Of a stretch of DNA of 64,000 bases, positions 36,805-46,753 are shown one piece after another. The position numbers and the translations under genes were made by a program. The DNA comes from a virus (taxonomy: Duplodnaviria > Caudoviricetes): IMG/VR virus record IMGVR_UViG_3300032213_002110, positions 1,620 through 65,619 of that record; one strand, 5' to 3'. The notes under the pieces were generated by a model that was given only the letters and a program-made list of their open reading frames with translations, did no database searches and had not been told where the DNA came from. The first letter of the stretch is position 1. Each line of letters begins with the position of its first letter.

Positions 36805-37778
36805 GTAAAAAACAAGCTGTAGTATTGGGTGCCGGTGGTTTCATCGGTGGACATTTAGTTAAAAAATTAAAATCTGAAGGATATTGGGTTCGTGGAGTTG
36901 ATTTGAAACGAAATGAATATAATGATGGAGTTGCAGATGAATTCCAAGTATGTGATCTTAGAGATCCAGTATCAGTCGCCGCTGTAATTCCATATAGCGA
37001 CGGTGAATTAGAAGTATATCAATTGGCTGCCGATATGGGTGGCGCAGGTTATATATTTACAGGAGAAAATGATGCCAATGTAATGCATAACTCAGCATTA
37101 ATCAATTTGAATGTTGCTTATGAATGTGCAAAAAAGAAGGTAAAATTTGTATTCTATTCTTCTAGTGCATGTGCATATCCTGAATATAATCAAATGGACC
37201 CAAACAATCCTAAGTGTGCCGAATCTGATGCTTACCCAGCAGAACCAGACAGTGAATATGGATGGGAAAAGTTGTTTAGTGAAAGAATGTTTTTGGCATT
37301 CCAACGCAATTATGGACTAAGAGTACATATTGCACGTTTCCATAATATCTTTGGACCAGAAGGAACATGGAAAGGTGGAAAAGAAAAGTCTCCGGCAGCT
37401 CTTTGCAGAAAAGTATTAGAAGCACAAGATGACGGTACCATTGACGTATGGGGAACAGGTGAACAAACTCGTAGCTTCCTATATATTGATGAATGTATTG
37501 ACGGTATTCTTAGACTGGTAAATTCTGATTTTAGTGGTCCAGTGAATCTCGGAAGTGAAGAAATGATCAGCATCAATAACTTTACTAAGATGATTATTGG
37601 TATTTCTGGAAAGAATATTTCAATTAACAACATTACTGGTCCAACTGGTGTTAATGGTAGAAATAGCGACAACACTCTAATTAGAGAAAAATTGGGATGG
37701 TCACCATCACAACCTCTAATTGTTGGAACAACAAATCTATTTAATTGGATTAAATCACAAATTGAACTAAGCAAATAA
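36801..37778 (+). CDS. GDP-mannose 3,5-epimerase-like NAD-dependent epimerase
   Basis: GAGGFIG, QLAADMGGAGYI, YSSSACAYP, DSEYGWEK, RFHNIFGP, EKSPAALCRK, VWGTGEQTRSF. Confidence 0.85.
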   Translation: MSKKQAVVLGAGGFIGGHLVKKLKSEGYWVRGVDLKRNEYNDGVADEFQVCDLRDPVSVAAVIPYSDGELEVYQLAADMGGAGYIFTGENDANVMHNSALINLNVAYECAKKKVKFVFYSSSACAYPEYNQMDPNNPKCAESDAYPAEPDSEYGWEKLFSERMFLAFQRNYGLRVHIARFHNIFGPEGTWKGGKEKSPAALCRKVLEAQDDGTIDVWGTGEQTRSFLYIDECIDGILRLVNSDFSGPVNLGSEEMISINNFTKMIIGISGKNISINNITGPTGVNGRNSDNTLIREKLGWSPSQPLIVGTTNLFNWIKSQIELSK

Positions 37779-37780
37779 TT

Positions 37781-38371
37781 ATGTCAAATTTTACATATGT
37801 CTATAATAATGATCCGGATCTTTTAACATCTCCCGGAAAAGTAATTGATATTAAAAACACAAAAGAGAATGTAGAAGGATCTGCGTGTTATTGGAAACAC
37901 TTTGCATTTCTTAAAAACAAAGGTCAATGTTCTACATTTGTAGAAACAGGCACATATCACGGTGATGGTATTTTATCTGCTTTTGGTGTCGGATTTGAGA
38001 AAATATATTCAATTGAAATTTTACAAGAAAATTATGACATTTCCTATAATAGATGGAAACATAAATCTAATGTAAAATTACATTTAGGATCAACGTCGGA
38101 AAAATTGGAAGAAATATTGGCAGAAATTGACTCTCCTAGTTTTTTTTGGTTGGATGCTCACATTGACAATTGCGGTCCTACATACAAAGAATTGGAAATT
38201 ATAAACAATCATCATATTAAAAATCATACTATATTAATAGATGATATTAGTATATATTTTAATAAAAAACATATAGAAACTACTATTAAAAATATAAATC
38301 CAAATTATACTATTTTTTACGAAGCTTCTTGGAGAGGTGTACAAGAAATTTTGGTAGCAAAAATATTTTGA
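37781..38371 (+). CDS. SAM methyltransferase-like protein
   Basis: FVETGTYHGDG, YSIEI, FWLDAH, ILIDD. Confidence 0.65.
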   Translation: MSNFTYVYNNDPDLLTSPGKVIDIKNTKENVEGSACYWKHFAFLKNKGQCSTFVETGTYHGDGILSAFGVGFEKIYSIEILQENYDISYNRWKHKSNVKLHLGSTSEKLEEILAEIDSPSFFWLDAHIDNCGPTYKELEIINNHHIKNHTILIDDISIYFNKKHIETTIKNINPNYTIFYEASWRGVQEILVAKIF

Positions 38372-38376
38372 CATTT

Positions 38377-39093
38377 ATGTTTAAAAAAATAATAATTAGA
38401 CAATCTTGTGGTATAGGAGATATATTTTTCTGTCAAAAAATAGCACACATTTTACACGAAACATATAAATCAGAAATAATTTGGCCTGTCATTCCAGAAT
38501 TTATTTGGATCAAAGATTATATTAAAACTAATTTTATTAATTTTGTTAACAACAATGAAAATTTTGAAGGTAAACATATTTTGTCAAATTATGATGTTTC
38601 CTATCCTTTTAGTGTAGAGGACTACCTAATTATTCCATTAGAAAGAGCAAATATAGAACATCCAAATTCATTAATCATGGAGGCTAAATACAAATTAGTC
38701 AATTCATCTTATAATGATTGGGATCAATATTTTAATTTTGATAGAAATCTAGATAAAGAAGATGATCTATATAAAAATGTATTAAAACTAAACGATAATG
38801 AACAATATGTTTTAATTTCAAAAAATTATGGATCACCTCCACATTTCAAGAAGTTTGATATAAAAGAACCAAGTGATATTAAAAAGATTTATTTGGATTT
38901 TTACGATGAATTTTCTCTATTTGATTGGTGTAAAGTTGTAGAAAATGCAAAAGAAATATATATGATTGATTCTTCTTTAAATTATATATTAGAAAAAATA
39001 AAATCAAATGTTATATATCTATATTCAAGAAGACCAAATAATTGGTCAGAGATAAATTACATTTTCAAGAAAAAATATATACTAATGAATTAA
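38377..39093 (+). CDS. GT-B glycosyltransferase-like protein (GT9-like motifs)
   Basis: CGIGDIFF at the N-terminus and FDWCKVVENAKEIYMIDSS near the C-terminus. Start moved from 38329 to 38377. Confidence 0.5.
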   Translation: MFKKIIIRQSCGIGDIFFCQKIAHILHETYKSEIIWPVIPEFIWIKDYIKTNFINFVNNNENFEGKHILSNYDVSYPFSVEDYLIIPLERANIEHPNSLIMEAKYKLVNSSYNDWDQYFNFDRNLDKEDDLYKNVLKLNDNEQYVLISKNYGSPPHFKKFDIKEPSDIKKIYLDFYDEFSLFDWCKVVENAKEIYMIDSSLNYILEKIKSNVIYLYSRRPNNWSEINYIFKKKYILMN

Positions 39094-39582
39094 ATGAATA
39101 CTATAAGTTATAAAAATAAAATATATCCGAAATTTCAATCAGAGGGTAACGCTGCAAAATTTGCTATTCCATATGCACAACAAGTTTGTAGTGGAATCGG
39201 AGTTGACATTGGATGTATGAATAAAGAATGGGCATTTCCAAATTCAATTCCAATTGATATTAAATTTAACGATGGATTTGATGCTTTAAATTTGCCAAAT
39301 ATAAAATTAAACTATATTTTTTCATCTCACTGTTTAGAACATATACCAAATTGGGTATCTGTTATGGATTATTGGTATAGTAAATTAGAAAAAGAAGGAA
39401 TTCTATTCTTATACTTACCATCATATAAACAAGAATATTGGAGACCGTGGAATAATAGAAAACATCTTAATATTTTTACACCAGAAATAGTATTTGATTA
39501 TATGAATGATAAAGGATATACAAATATATTTAAAAGTGAAATTGATTTGAATGATTCGTTTATGATTTTTGGAGAAAAATAA
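39094..39582 (+). CDS. class I SAM methyltransferase (Methyltransf_11-like)
   Basis: GVDIGC, YIFSSHCLEHI, GILFLYLP. Confidence 0.75.
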   Translation: MNTISYKNKIYPKFQSEGNAAKFAIPYAQQVCSGIGVDIGCMNKEWAFPNSIPIDIKFNDGFDALNLPNIKLNYIFSSHCLEHIPNWVSVMDYWYSKLEKEGILFLYLPSYKQEYWRPWNNRKHLNIFTPEIVFDYMNDKGYTNIFKSEIDLNDSFMIFGEK

Positions 39583-39617
39583 AATATAATTATTAAAAAA
39601 TAATTTCAATATTGAGT

Positions 39618-39675
39618 TCAGTCATATATATCATTACGACTATATATTTGACTGATTTTGTATATTATATACAAA
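39618..39675 (+). promoter_or_regulatory. structured intergenic region: terminator-like hairpin plus inverted repeat
   Basis: TCAGTCA...TGACTGA stem followed by TTTT; TTGACT; TTTGTATA-tta-TATACAAA 8-3-8 repeat. Confidence 0.45.
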
Positions 39676-39706
39676 TTATAAAATACGGTTCTAATGAATA
39701 AAAGTT

Positions 39707-40315
39707 ATGGGACAATTAAACGCATTTATGTTGGAACCTTTGATTGAAAAATACAATCTAAAGGTATATTTTGAAACTGGTACGGGTGAAGCAATTAGTC
39801 TTCGTCATGCATTAAAATCAAAATTTGAACATTTTTATACTGTAGATATTGATGGAGAATTTATTGAAAATGCAAAAAAAATTATTTCAAATACTAATTT
39901 GACATATATTCATAATTATTCCACAAAAGCATTGGAAGAATATGTTCCTACGTTAGATAAAAATAAACCAGTATTGTTTTTCTTGGATGCACATTTTCCT
40001 GGCGCAGATTTTTACAAATGTTCATATGAAGAATCAATTAAAACATTCAAAGAAGAATCATTTCCACTACATTTAGAGATTGATATTATCAAAAATAATA
40101 GAGATACTAGCAAAGATGTGATCATTATTGACGATTTTAAGTTATATGAACCAAGTGAATTATATGAACATTCAGTAAATCCTGTCAAAAAGTACTTGGA
40201 TGCAGAAAACTTAAGCAAAGATTCTTCTTTTATTTATAAATCTTTTGAATCTACTCATGTATTTGAAAAGAGTTATAAACATCAAGGATATTTGAGTATA
40301 TTACCAAAAAATTAA
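39707..40315 (+). CDS. SAM methyltransferase-like protein (paralog of 37781)
   Basis: YFETGTG, YTVDID, FFLDAHFPG, VIIIDD. Confidence 0.65.
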   Translation: MGQLNAFMLEPLIEKYNLKVYFETGTGEAISLRHALKSKFEHFYTVDIDGEFIENAKKIISNTNLTYIHNYSTKALEEYVPTLDKNKPVLFFLDAHFPGADFYKCSYEESIKTFKEESFPLHLEIDIIKNNRDTSKDVIIIDDFKLYEPSELYEHSVNPVKKYLDAENLSKDSSFIYKSFESTHVFEKSYKHQGYLSILPKN

Positions 40316-40321
40316 TACTAT

Positions 40322-40951
40322 ATGAAAATACTAGTTCTTTCAGCATATGATGATGTATATGCAAGTTGCAATTTAGGACCACTATCAGAAAATAAAAATC
40401 GTGCATATGCAGAACACTGTGGATATAGATTTATTTGTGATAGAATCGTAAATAAAGACATGCATCATTTTTTTTATAAATTTAGAAGTATATTAACATA
40501 TATTGATAAGTACGATTATGTTTTTTGGATAGATGCCGATGCATTCTTTACCAACTTTTCTATGCGAATAGAAGATTTAATCAAATCTCCTGATAAAACT
40601 TTTATAGCAACTATAGATCGCAATTATTTAAATACTGGTGTTTTTATTGTTAAAAATTGTGATGAAATTAAAAAATTATTTAAAAAAGTAATTGTTGAAG
40701 GTCCAAAAAATTCACATCATCCATTTCCAGATGCTATGATATTATTAGATCATTTTAATAAACCATCATCTACATGGGATATAGTAAAACCTCAATATTT
40801 AATGAATGCATATAAAAATGAATTATATAAAACTGAAGATGCCGAAAGTGAATTTAAAGAAAATGAAAGTTTAGTATTACATTTTCCTGGTATGAATTAT
40901 GCAGATAGAATAGAAGCTTATTACAAATATAACGTTGAAAATTTAAAATAA
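40322..40951 (+). CDS. GT34-like (Mnn10/Gma12) glycosyltransferase
   Basis: AYAEHCGY, YDYVFWIDADAFFTN, LNTGVFIVKN, VLHFPG. Confidence 0.75.
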   Translation: MKILVLSAYDDVYASCNLGPLSENKNRAYAEHCGYRFICDRIVNKDMHHFFYKFRSILTYIDKYDYVFWIDADAFFTNFSMRIEDLIKSPDKTFIATIDRNYLNTGVFIVKNCDEIKKLFKKVIVEGPKNSHHPFPDAMILLDHFNKPSSTWDIVKPQYLMNAYKNELYKTEDAESEFKENESLVLHFPGMNYADRIEAYYKYNVENLK

Positions 40952-40952
40952 T

Positions 40953-41471
40953 ATGAGAAAAATGAGAGAACAAGAATATCTAATTCGGGGACTAAATAAT
41001 ATGTGTTCGAATATTAAGAATATTTCAAAAATGGCAGAAATAGGTTCGTATATTGGAGAATCTACTGAAATATTTGCACAAAACTTTTCCAATTCAATTA
41101 TTCATTGCGTAGATCCGTGGCAATCTGGATATGATCAATATGATTTAGCATCAATGGATATGGATAATGTTGAATTTGAATTTGATAGAAGAATGAAACA
41201 ATATAGTAATATTGTAAAAATTAAAAAAACAAGTGTTGATGCTAGTATTGATTTTGAAAATGAATATTTTGATTTTGTCTATATTGATGCAAATCATACT
41301 TATAATGCCGTAAAAGAAGATATTCAAACATGGCTTCCAAAAATAAAAATTAATGGCTATATTGGATTTCATGATTACGACAACCCAGATGTTAGAAGAG
41401 CTATTACGGAAAGTTTTGGTTATGCTCAAATCGTTTTTGAAGATCAAAGTGTATTTTTTATAAAAAAATGA
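40953..41471 (+). CDS. class I SAM methyltransferase (Methyltransf_24-like)
   Basis: AEIGSYIGES, CVDPW, DFVYIDANHTY, GYIGFHDY. Confidence 0.85.
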   Translation: MRKMREQEYLIRGLNNMCSNIKNISKMAEIGSYIGESTEIFAQNFSNSIIHCVDPWQSGYDQYDLASMDMDNVEFEFDRRMKQYSNIVKIKKTSVDASIDFENEYFDFVYIDANHTYNAVKEDIQTWLPKIKINGYIGFHDYDNPDVRRAITESFGYAQIVFEDQSVFFIKK

Positions 41472-42304
41472 ATATATTCAGCACATTTATCAAACCAGAA
41501 AAATTTCATGTTGGATTAAAAGATTTATCCCATGTTAATTTTTCATTATTTTATGATGTAAGACCAAGTGAAAAAGAACTTTCGTTGTCTCCATTAAACA
41601 TATTGATTGTAAGCGAACCAAATGAATATTTTGGTAATCACGACTGGGCAGTAGCAAATAAAGATTACTTTAGTTTAATTTTATCTTGGAGTGATAAAGT
41701 ATTAAAACGTTGTGAAAATTCTTCTTTTTTAGTATATGGAGAATCTTGGTTTGATGATATACATATCTTTGAACAAGGAACAACGAATGCTAAGAAAAGA
41801 GAAAAAGAATTTTCAGTATCATTTTTAAGAGGTAATAAATTACAATCAATCGGTCATGCAATTAGACATGAAATATTTGATAGACAAGATGAAATTAAAG
41901 TACCAAAAGAGTTCTGGACTCAATTGGGTAATTTAAATGATTTTTCTACAATGAAAGACACCAAAGAAGATTCTTTTGGTAAATATCAATTCTCAATTTG
42001 TATAGAAAATAATTCTAGAGAGGGTTATTTCACAGAAAAGATTACCGATTGTATATTGTGTAAAACAATTCCAATTTATTACGGTTGTTCAAATATCGGA
42101 CAATTTTATAATCCAGAAGGTATAATTCAATTTTATAATGCAGATCAAGCAATTAAATTTATTAATACCTTGACTCCCGATTACTATAAAGATAGATTAA
42201 GTATAATTGAAGAAAATTATCAAAGAGCATTTGAATATAGAGACTATATACAAACAATTAATAAAACTTTGATTAATATTTTCAAACAAAATAATATCAT
42301 ATGA
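41468..42304 (+). CDS. GT10-like alpha-1,3-fucosyltransferase-family protein
   Basis: YQFSICIENNSREGYFTEKITDCILCKTIPIYYG. Confidence 0.8.
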   Translation: MNIFSTFIKPEKFHVGLKDLSHVNFSLFYDVRPSEKELSLSPLNILIVSEPNEYFGNHDWAVANKDYFSLILSWSDKVLKRCENSSFLVYGESWFDDIHIFEQGTTNAKKREKEFSVSFLRGNKLQSIGHAIRHEIFDRQDEIKVPKEFWTQLGNLNDFSTMKDTKEDSFGKYQFSICIENNSREGYFTEKITDCILCKTIPIYYGCSNIGQFYNPEGIIQFYNADQAIKFINTLTPDYYKDRLSIIEENYQRAFEYRDYIQTINKTLINIFKQNNII

Positions 42305-43134
42305 TTACACACAATAGTATAGGTTATGGCGGAAGATTGGGCAATCAGTTATTTCAACTGTCAGCATTATTGGGTGTTGCATATAAAAATAATTACATTC
42401 CATCTATACCAGTTGAGAAAAATAAACAAGTTAAACCAAATGGATGTTTAGATATGTTTACTGGTAAATGGATAAGTTATAAACTTGATTTATTTGACTG
42501 TTTTGATGTAAATATAAAAGACAGTGGTGATACTGTTGTCGGTAATTCATATAAAGAACCACATCATCATTTTGATGAAAATATTTTCAATATAAGTGAT
42601 AATACAAATATAGAAGGATACTTTCAAAGTGAAAAATATTTTGAACACATAAAAGATATCATTAGAAATACATTTGTGTTTAAAAAAGAAATTAAAGATA
42701 AAGCCTTAGATATTTTCAATAAAAATAAAAAAACAGATATCATTTCTATTCATATTAGACGAGGAGATTATTTAGGAATTCAACATCAATTTCCTATTAT
42801 GGATGCAACATATTATCAAAATGCTATAAATGCAATTTATGATAATAATGACTATCAATACTTTATTTTCTCAGATGATATTGCTTGGTGTAAAGAAGTG
42901 TTTGGCGAAAGTGATTCAATTTATTATTCAGATGGTAATTCTCATTATGTAGATTTATGTTTAATGACGATGTGTGATCATAACATTATAGGAAATAGTA
43001 CATTTGGTTGGTGGGGTTCTTGGTTAAATAACAATCCAAATAAAAAAGTAGTTGTTCCAAAACAATGGTTTGGCCCAGCATTAGCTCATTTAGATACAAA
43101 AGATATGACACCAAAAGAATGGATAAAGATTTAA
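42301..43134 (+). CDS. GT11 alpha-1,2-fucosyltransferase-family protein
   Basis: GRLGNQLFQ, GYFQSEKYF, IHIRRGDY, FSDDIAWC, DLCLMTMCDHNIIGNSTFGWWG. Confidence 0.9.
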   Translation: MITHNSIGYGGRLGNQLFQLSALLGVAYKNNYIPSIPVEKNKQVKPNGCLDMFTGKWISYKLDLFDCFDVNIKDSGDTVVGNSYKEPHHHFDENIFNISDNTNIEGYFQSEKYFEHIKDIIRNTFVFKKEIKDKALDIFNKNKKTDIISIHIRRGDYLGIQHQFPIMDATYYQNAINAIYDNNDYQYFIFSDDIAWCKEVFGESDSIYYSDGNSHYVDLCLMTMCDHNIIGNSTFGWWGSWLNNNPNKKVVVPKQWFGPALAHLDTKDMTPKEWIKI

Positions 43135-43137
43135 ATT

Positions 43138-43764
43138 ATGAATATATTTGATATTGGAACAAATCACGGTAAATTTACAGAGGAATATTTAAATCTATAT
43201 CCTAATGCAAATATTATTTGTATAGAAGCAAATCCAGATCTATGTGAATATTTAGTAAATAAGTTTAAAAAATTCAACAATGTATCTGTTTATCATTATT
43301 TAGCATCAGACAAATCCAACGAATCTGTTGATTTTTATGTAAATAAATTGTGTGATGGAGTATCTACTGCAAGCAAAAATTGGGTTGATAATTCACGATT
43401 TAAAGGAAACGGATGGGCAAGTCCAATTCAAATTGAGTCAATTACATTGGATGAATTAATTCAAAATACATTTGTTCCAGATATAATTAAAATTGATGTT
43501 GAAGGGTATGAAAATACAGTAGTAAAAGGATTGACAAATAAAGCAAATTTGGTACAATTTGAATGGGCAGAAGAAGAAACGGAATCTATAAAAGATACAT
43601 GTAAACATTTACAAAGTATTGGTTATTCTGAATTTGCATATAAATTTGGAGATTTACCGTATTCTCACATACCCAACAATTTTACCACATTAGACAATTT
43701 GGGATTATTTGAACAATTAATTACTGAAAGAAAAGATAAGTGGGGAATGATTTATACAAGATAA
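43138..43764 (+). CDS. FkbM-family methyltransferase
   Basis: FDIGTNHG, IEANP, SITLD, IIKIDVEGYE, VQFE. Confidence 0.85.
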   Translation: MNIFDIGTNHGKFTEEYLNLYPNANIICIEANPDLCEYLVNKFKKFNNVSVYHYLASDKSNESVDFYVNKLCDGVSTASKNWVDNSRFKGNGWASPIQIESITLDELIQNTFVPDIIKIDVEGYENTVVKGLTNKANLVQFEWAEEETESIKDTCKHLQSIGYSEFAYKFGDLPYSHIPNNFTTLDNLGLFEQLITERKDKWGMIYTR

Positions 43765-43767
43765 TTT

Positions 43768-45267
43768 ATGTTAATTTCATTAGAATCAATCATTAAAAAA
43801 TACAATCCTAATATTAAAGGAGTTCTACATTTAGGTGCTCATTTATTGGAGGAAAAGTCCGATTATGACCGATTTAATATCAAAGATGTAATTTGGATAG
43901 AAGGAAATCCTAATCTATACAATATTGATAGAGAAACTCTTAAAGATAGTAAAAATCATAGAATTTATAATTGTATCATATCAGACGAAGATAATGTTGA
44001 CGTAGAATTTAAAATTACAAATAACGGACAATCATCATCTATTCTTGATCTTGATAAACATAAAAAATACTATCCACACATTGTAATTGTTGATAAATTC
44101 AAGGGCAAAACAAAGACTCTAAAAACCTTAATCAATGAAAATAACATTGATATTACTAAATATAACTTTATTAATATTGATCTACAAGGAGTAGAATTAA
44201 GAGCAATTAAAGGATTAGGCGAATTATTAACAAATATAGACTATATCTATACAGAAGTTAATTGCGCATCCGTATATAAAGATAATGATTTAATTGATGA
44301 TATTGATTCGTATTTAAAACAATATGGTTTTCTAAGAAAAGAAACACATTGGAGTGATGCAGAATGGGGAGATGCTTTATACATTAAAGAAATCAAAACT
44401 ACACAAATTGTATCTCATATTCTACCAAATGAAATTGATGATTTAGAAAATACATTACATAGACTTAAAGAATGTTCATTATACTTAGATCCAAAAGATA
44501 AGGTCTCAATTAAAGTAAGCCTAAATCTTTCAGATCAATTGATAAACTGGCAAGACAGTGAATTAAAACAAGATTATTTCAAAAATAAATTTGAATCTCT
44601 TAAACAATTAACTGATTGGACATACGAATCAATATTTGAAATCATTGATGATAATTCTATTTTAGGAACTACTGCACAAAAAAGAGAAGCTTCAAAAGGA
44701 AATTATAATCAGTTTATTTTCTTAGATTGTGATATTGCATTTCATCCGTTTACGTTAAAATATATTCTAGATGTAGGATTTGAATTAGAAGGAAAATACA
44801 TAGTTACACCACAAATTGTTAAACTATGGGATTCTTCATGGGATCATATTGTACACGATGACTATAAAAATCATCCATATGAATATGAAAAGAAACACGA
44901 TCCAGAACTTACATATAATCAAGATGTAAATGAAATATCCACATATGTAAGCAATCCCACCAAATTTGGATGTGGATGGTTTACTCTATATTCTAAAGAA
45001 ATTATGAATTTCATAGGTATTCCAGAATTTTTAGGACATTATGGTTCTGAAGATACTTTCATGTCAGTTGCGATGGAAGTTGCGAAACAAAAGAAAATTA
45101 ATGTAAAACAATATGTTATGAAAGGCATTTATGTCTCAGAAAATATTGTCAATAGAAATGATCCATATAAAGATAAAATAAAGTTGATTAATCTAAAAGA
45201 CATTTTTAGAGCAAAATCATGGGAAAATTTCCATGTAGAAATTGAAAAATTTAGGAACCGTATATGA
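43768..45267 (+). CDS. FkbM methyltransferase fused to a GT-A/GT2-like domain
   Basis: N-terminal LHLGAH, IEGNP, INIDLQGVEL and YIYTEVN; C-terminal FIFLDCDI, FGCGWF and YGSEDTF. Confidence 0.75.
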   Translation: MLISLESIIKKYNPNIKGVLHLGAHLLEEKSDYDRFNIKDVIWIEGNPNLYNIDRETLKDSKNHRIYNCIISDEDNVDVEFKITNNGQSSSILDLDKHKKYYPHIVIVDKFKGKTKTLKTLINENNIDITKYNFINIDLQGVELRAIKGLGELLTNIDYIYTEVNCASVYKDNDLIDDIDSYLKQYGFLRKETHWSDAEWGDALYIKEIKTTQIVSHILPNEIDDLENTLHRLKECSLYLDPKDKVSIKVSLNLSDQLINWQDSELKQDYFKNKFESLKQLTDWTYESIFEIIDDNSILGTTAQKREASKGNYNQFIFLDCDIAFHPFTLKYILDVGFELEGKYIVTPQIVKLWDSSWDHIVHDDYKNHPYEYEKKHDPELTYNQDVNEISTYVSNPTKFGCGWFTLYSKEIMNFIGIPEFLGHYGSEDTFMSVAMEVAKQKKINVKQYVMKGIYVSENIVNRNDPYKDKIKLINLKDIFRAKSWENFHVEIEKFRNRI

Positions 45268-45992
45268 AAATAAAAGTATTCGTAAGACATTGTAAATTCT
45301 CATCAAACTCCGCACATAAAAATAATCGACCACATTATTTTACTAGAGAAGGATGTTTTAATAATCTATTAAATACAATTGATAAAGACTGTGAAGTAAC
45401 AGTATCATTTGATGGTAATCTATCCGAAAGCGACCATTTTCTAAATAAAGATATTTATAAAGGAAAATTTAATCTATTTCAAAAGAAGGGTGGAAATGAC
45501 GGTAGTAGTTTCCTAAACATGATTGAATATGTAAATACATTACAATTTGATGATAATGATATCATTTATTTCTTAGAAGATGATTATTTCCATAACATAG
45601 GTTGGACAAACATCATGAGAGAAGGATTTGAAAGTGTTGCGGTAGATTATATCACATTATACGATCATAATGATAAATATTGGTATCCAATGTATGAACA
45701 ATTAATGTCAAAAGTAATCTGTACCAAAAACATTCATTGGAAAAGCATTCCAAATACTACAAATACTTACGCATGTCTTGCCAAAACATTTAAACGAGAT
45801 TACCATATCCATAAAATGTATTGTGATTTAACAAAAGGATATACCAGAGATTTTGATAAATTCATGCATTTAACAAATGAAGGTAAAACTTTAATCAATC
45901 CATTGCCAGGATATTCTACTCACTGTGAAATGGAATATATGAGTCCTGTAGTAGACTGGGAAACTGCTTTTAATAAAACTTGTAAACTATGA
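45264..45992 (+). CDS. GT-A-fold glycosyltransferase-like protein
   Basis: IIYFLEDDYFH, YITLYDH, TTNTY, STH. Confidence 0.6.
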   Translation: MKIKVFVRHCKFSSNSAHKNNRPHYFTREGCFNNLLNTIDKDCEVTVSFDGNLSESDHFLNKDIYKGKFNLFQKKGGNDGSSFLNMIEYVNTLQFDDNDIIYFLEDDYFHNIGWTNIMREGFESVAVDYITLYDHNDKYWYPMYEQLMSKVICTKNIHWKSIPNTTNTYACLAKTFKRDYHIHKMYCDLTKGYTRDFDKFMHLTNEGKTLINPLPGYSTHCEMEYMSPVVDWETAFNKTCKL

Positions 45993-46753
45993 TCAGTACT
46001 ATCATTCCAACATATAAAGAACCAGATGCTTTAGATTTGTGTCTAAAATCTGCAATTGAAGGACAATACAATAAAAATCAAATTATTGTAGTAGTTGATG
46101 GGTTTTATGATTTAAACAAAGAAGTATTAGAAAAATATAAAAATAATATAGATGTTCTAAATATAGAAGAAAATGTTGGAATGATTAGAGCAATGAATCT
46201 AGGACATTATAATGCAAGTAATAACTTAGTATTTCATGTCCAAGACGATAATGTTTTCCCAAAAGATTGGGATGTTAACTTAGAATCTTCATACAAACCA
46301 AATTCGGTAGTCACTGCCAACCAAATTGAACCTAATCCAAGTATGTTTAGACAATTTATCATACAAAATCTTGGAAGAGATGTAAAAACATTTGATGTTC
46401 AAAATTTTTGGGAATTTGAAAAATCTATAGCCAAGAATGTTATAGATGAATGTGGATCTACTTTTCCATTTTTAATCGGTAAATCAGATTATCTAAAAGT
46501 AGGTGGATTTGATGAAAATTATCCTGGTCCATGGGTGGTTGATTGGGAATTTTTTATGAAATGTAAACTAAGTGGATTAAAAATGTTACGTACTTATAAA
46601 AGTAATTTTTACCACTTTGTATCGTTGGGAACCAGAACTCCAGAAAAAGTAGAAGAAAATAAAATAAAAGAACAAAGCTGTTTTGAATATTTCATTTATA
46701 AATGGGGATCTGCTCCTAAGCATAATCCCCATAATAATGAAAAAAGTTTATAA
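45989..46753 (+). CDS. GT2-family glycosyltransferase
   Basis: IIPTY, VVVDG, NLGHY, HVQDDNVF, GGFDENY, DWEF, FYHF. Confidence 0.85.
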   Translation: MISTIIPTYKEPDALDLCLKSAIEGQYNKNQIIVVVDGFYDLNKEVLEKYKNNIDVLNIEENVGMIRAMNLGHYNASNNLVFHVQDDNVFPKDWDVNLESSYKPNSVVTANQIEPNPSMFRQFIIQNLGRDVKTFDVQNFWEFEKSIAKNVIDECGSTFPFLIGKSDYLKVGGFDENYPGPWVVDWEFFMKCKLSGLKMLRTYKSNFYHFVSLGTRTPEKVEENKIKEQSCFEYFIYKWGSAPKHNPHNNEKSL

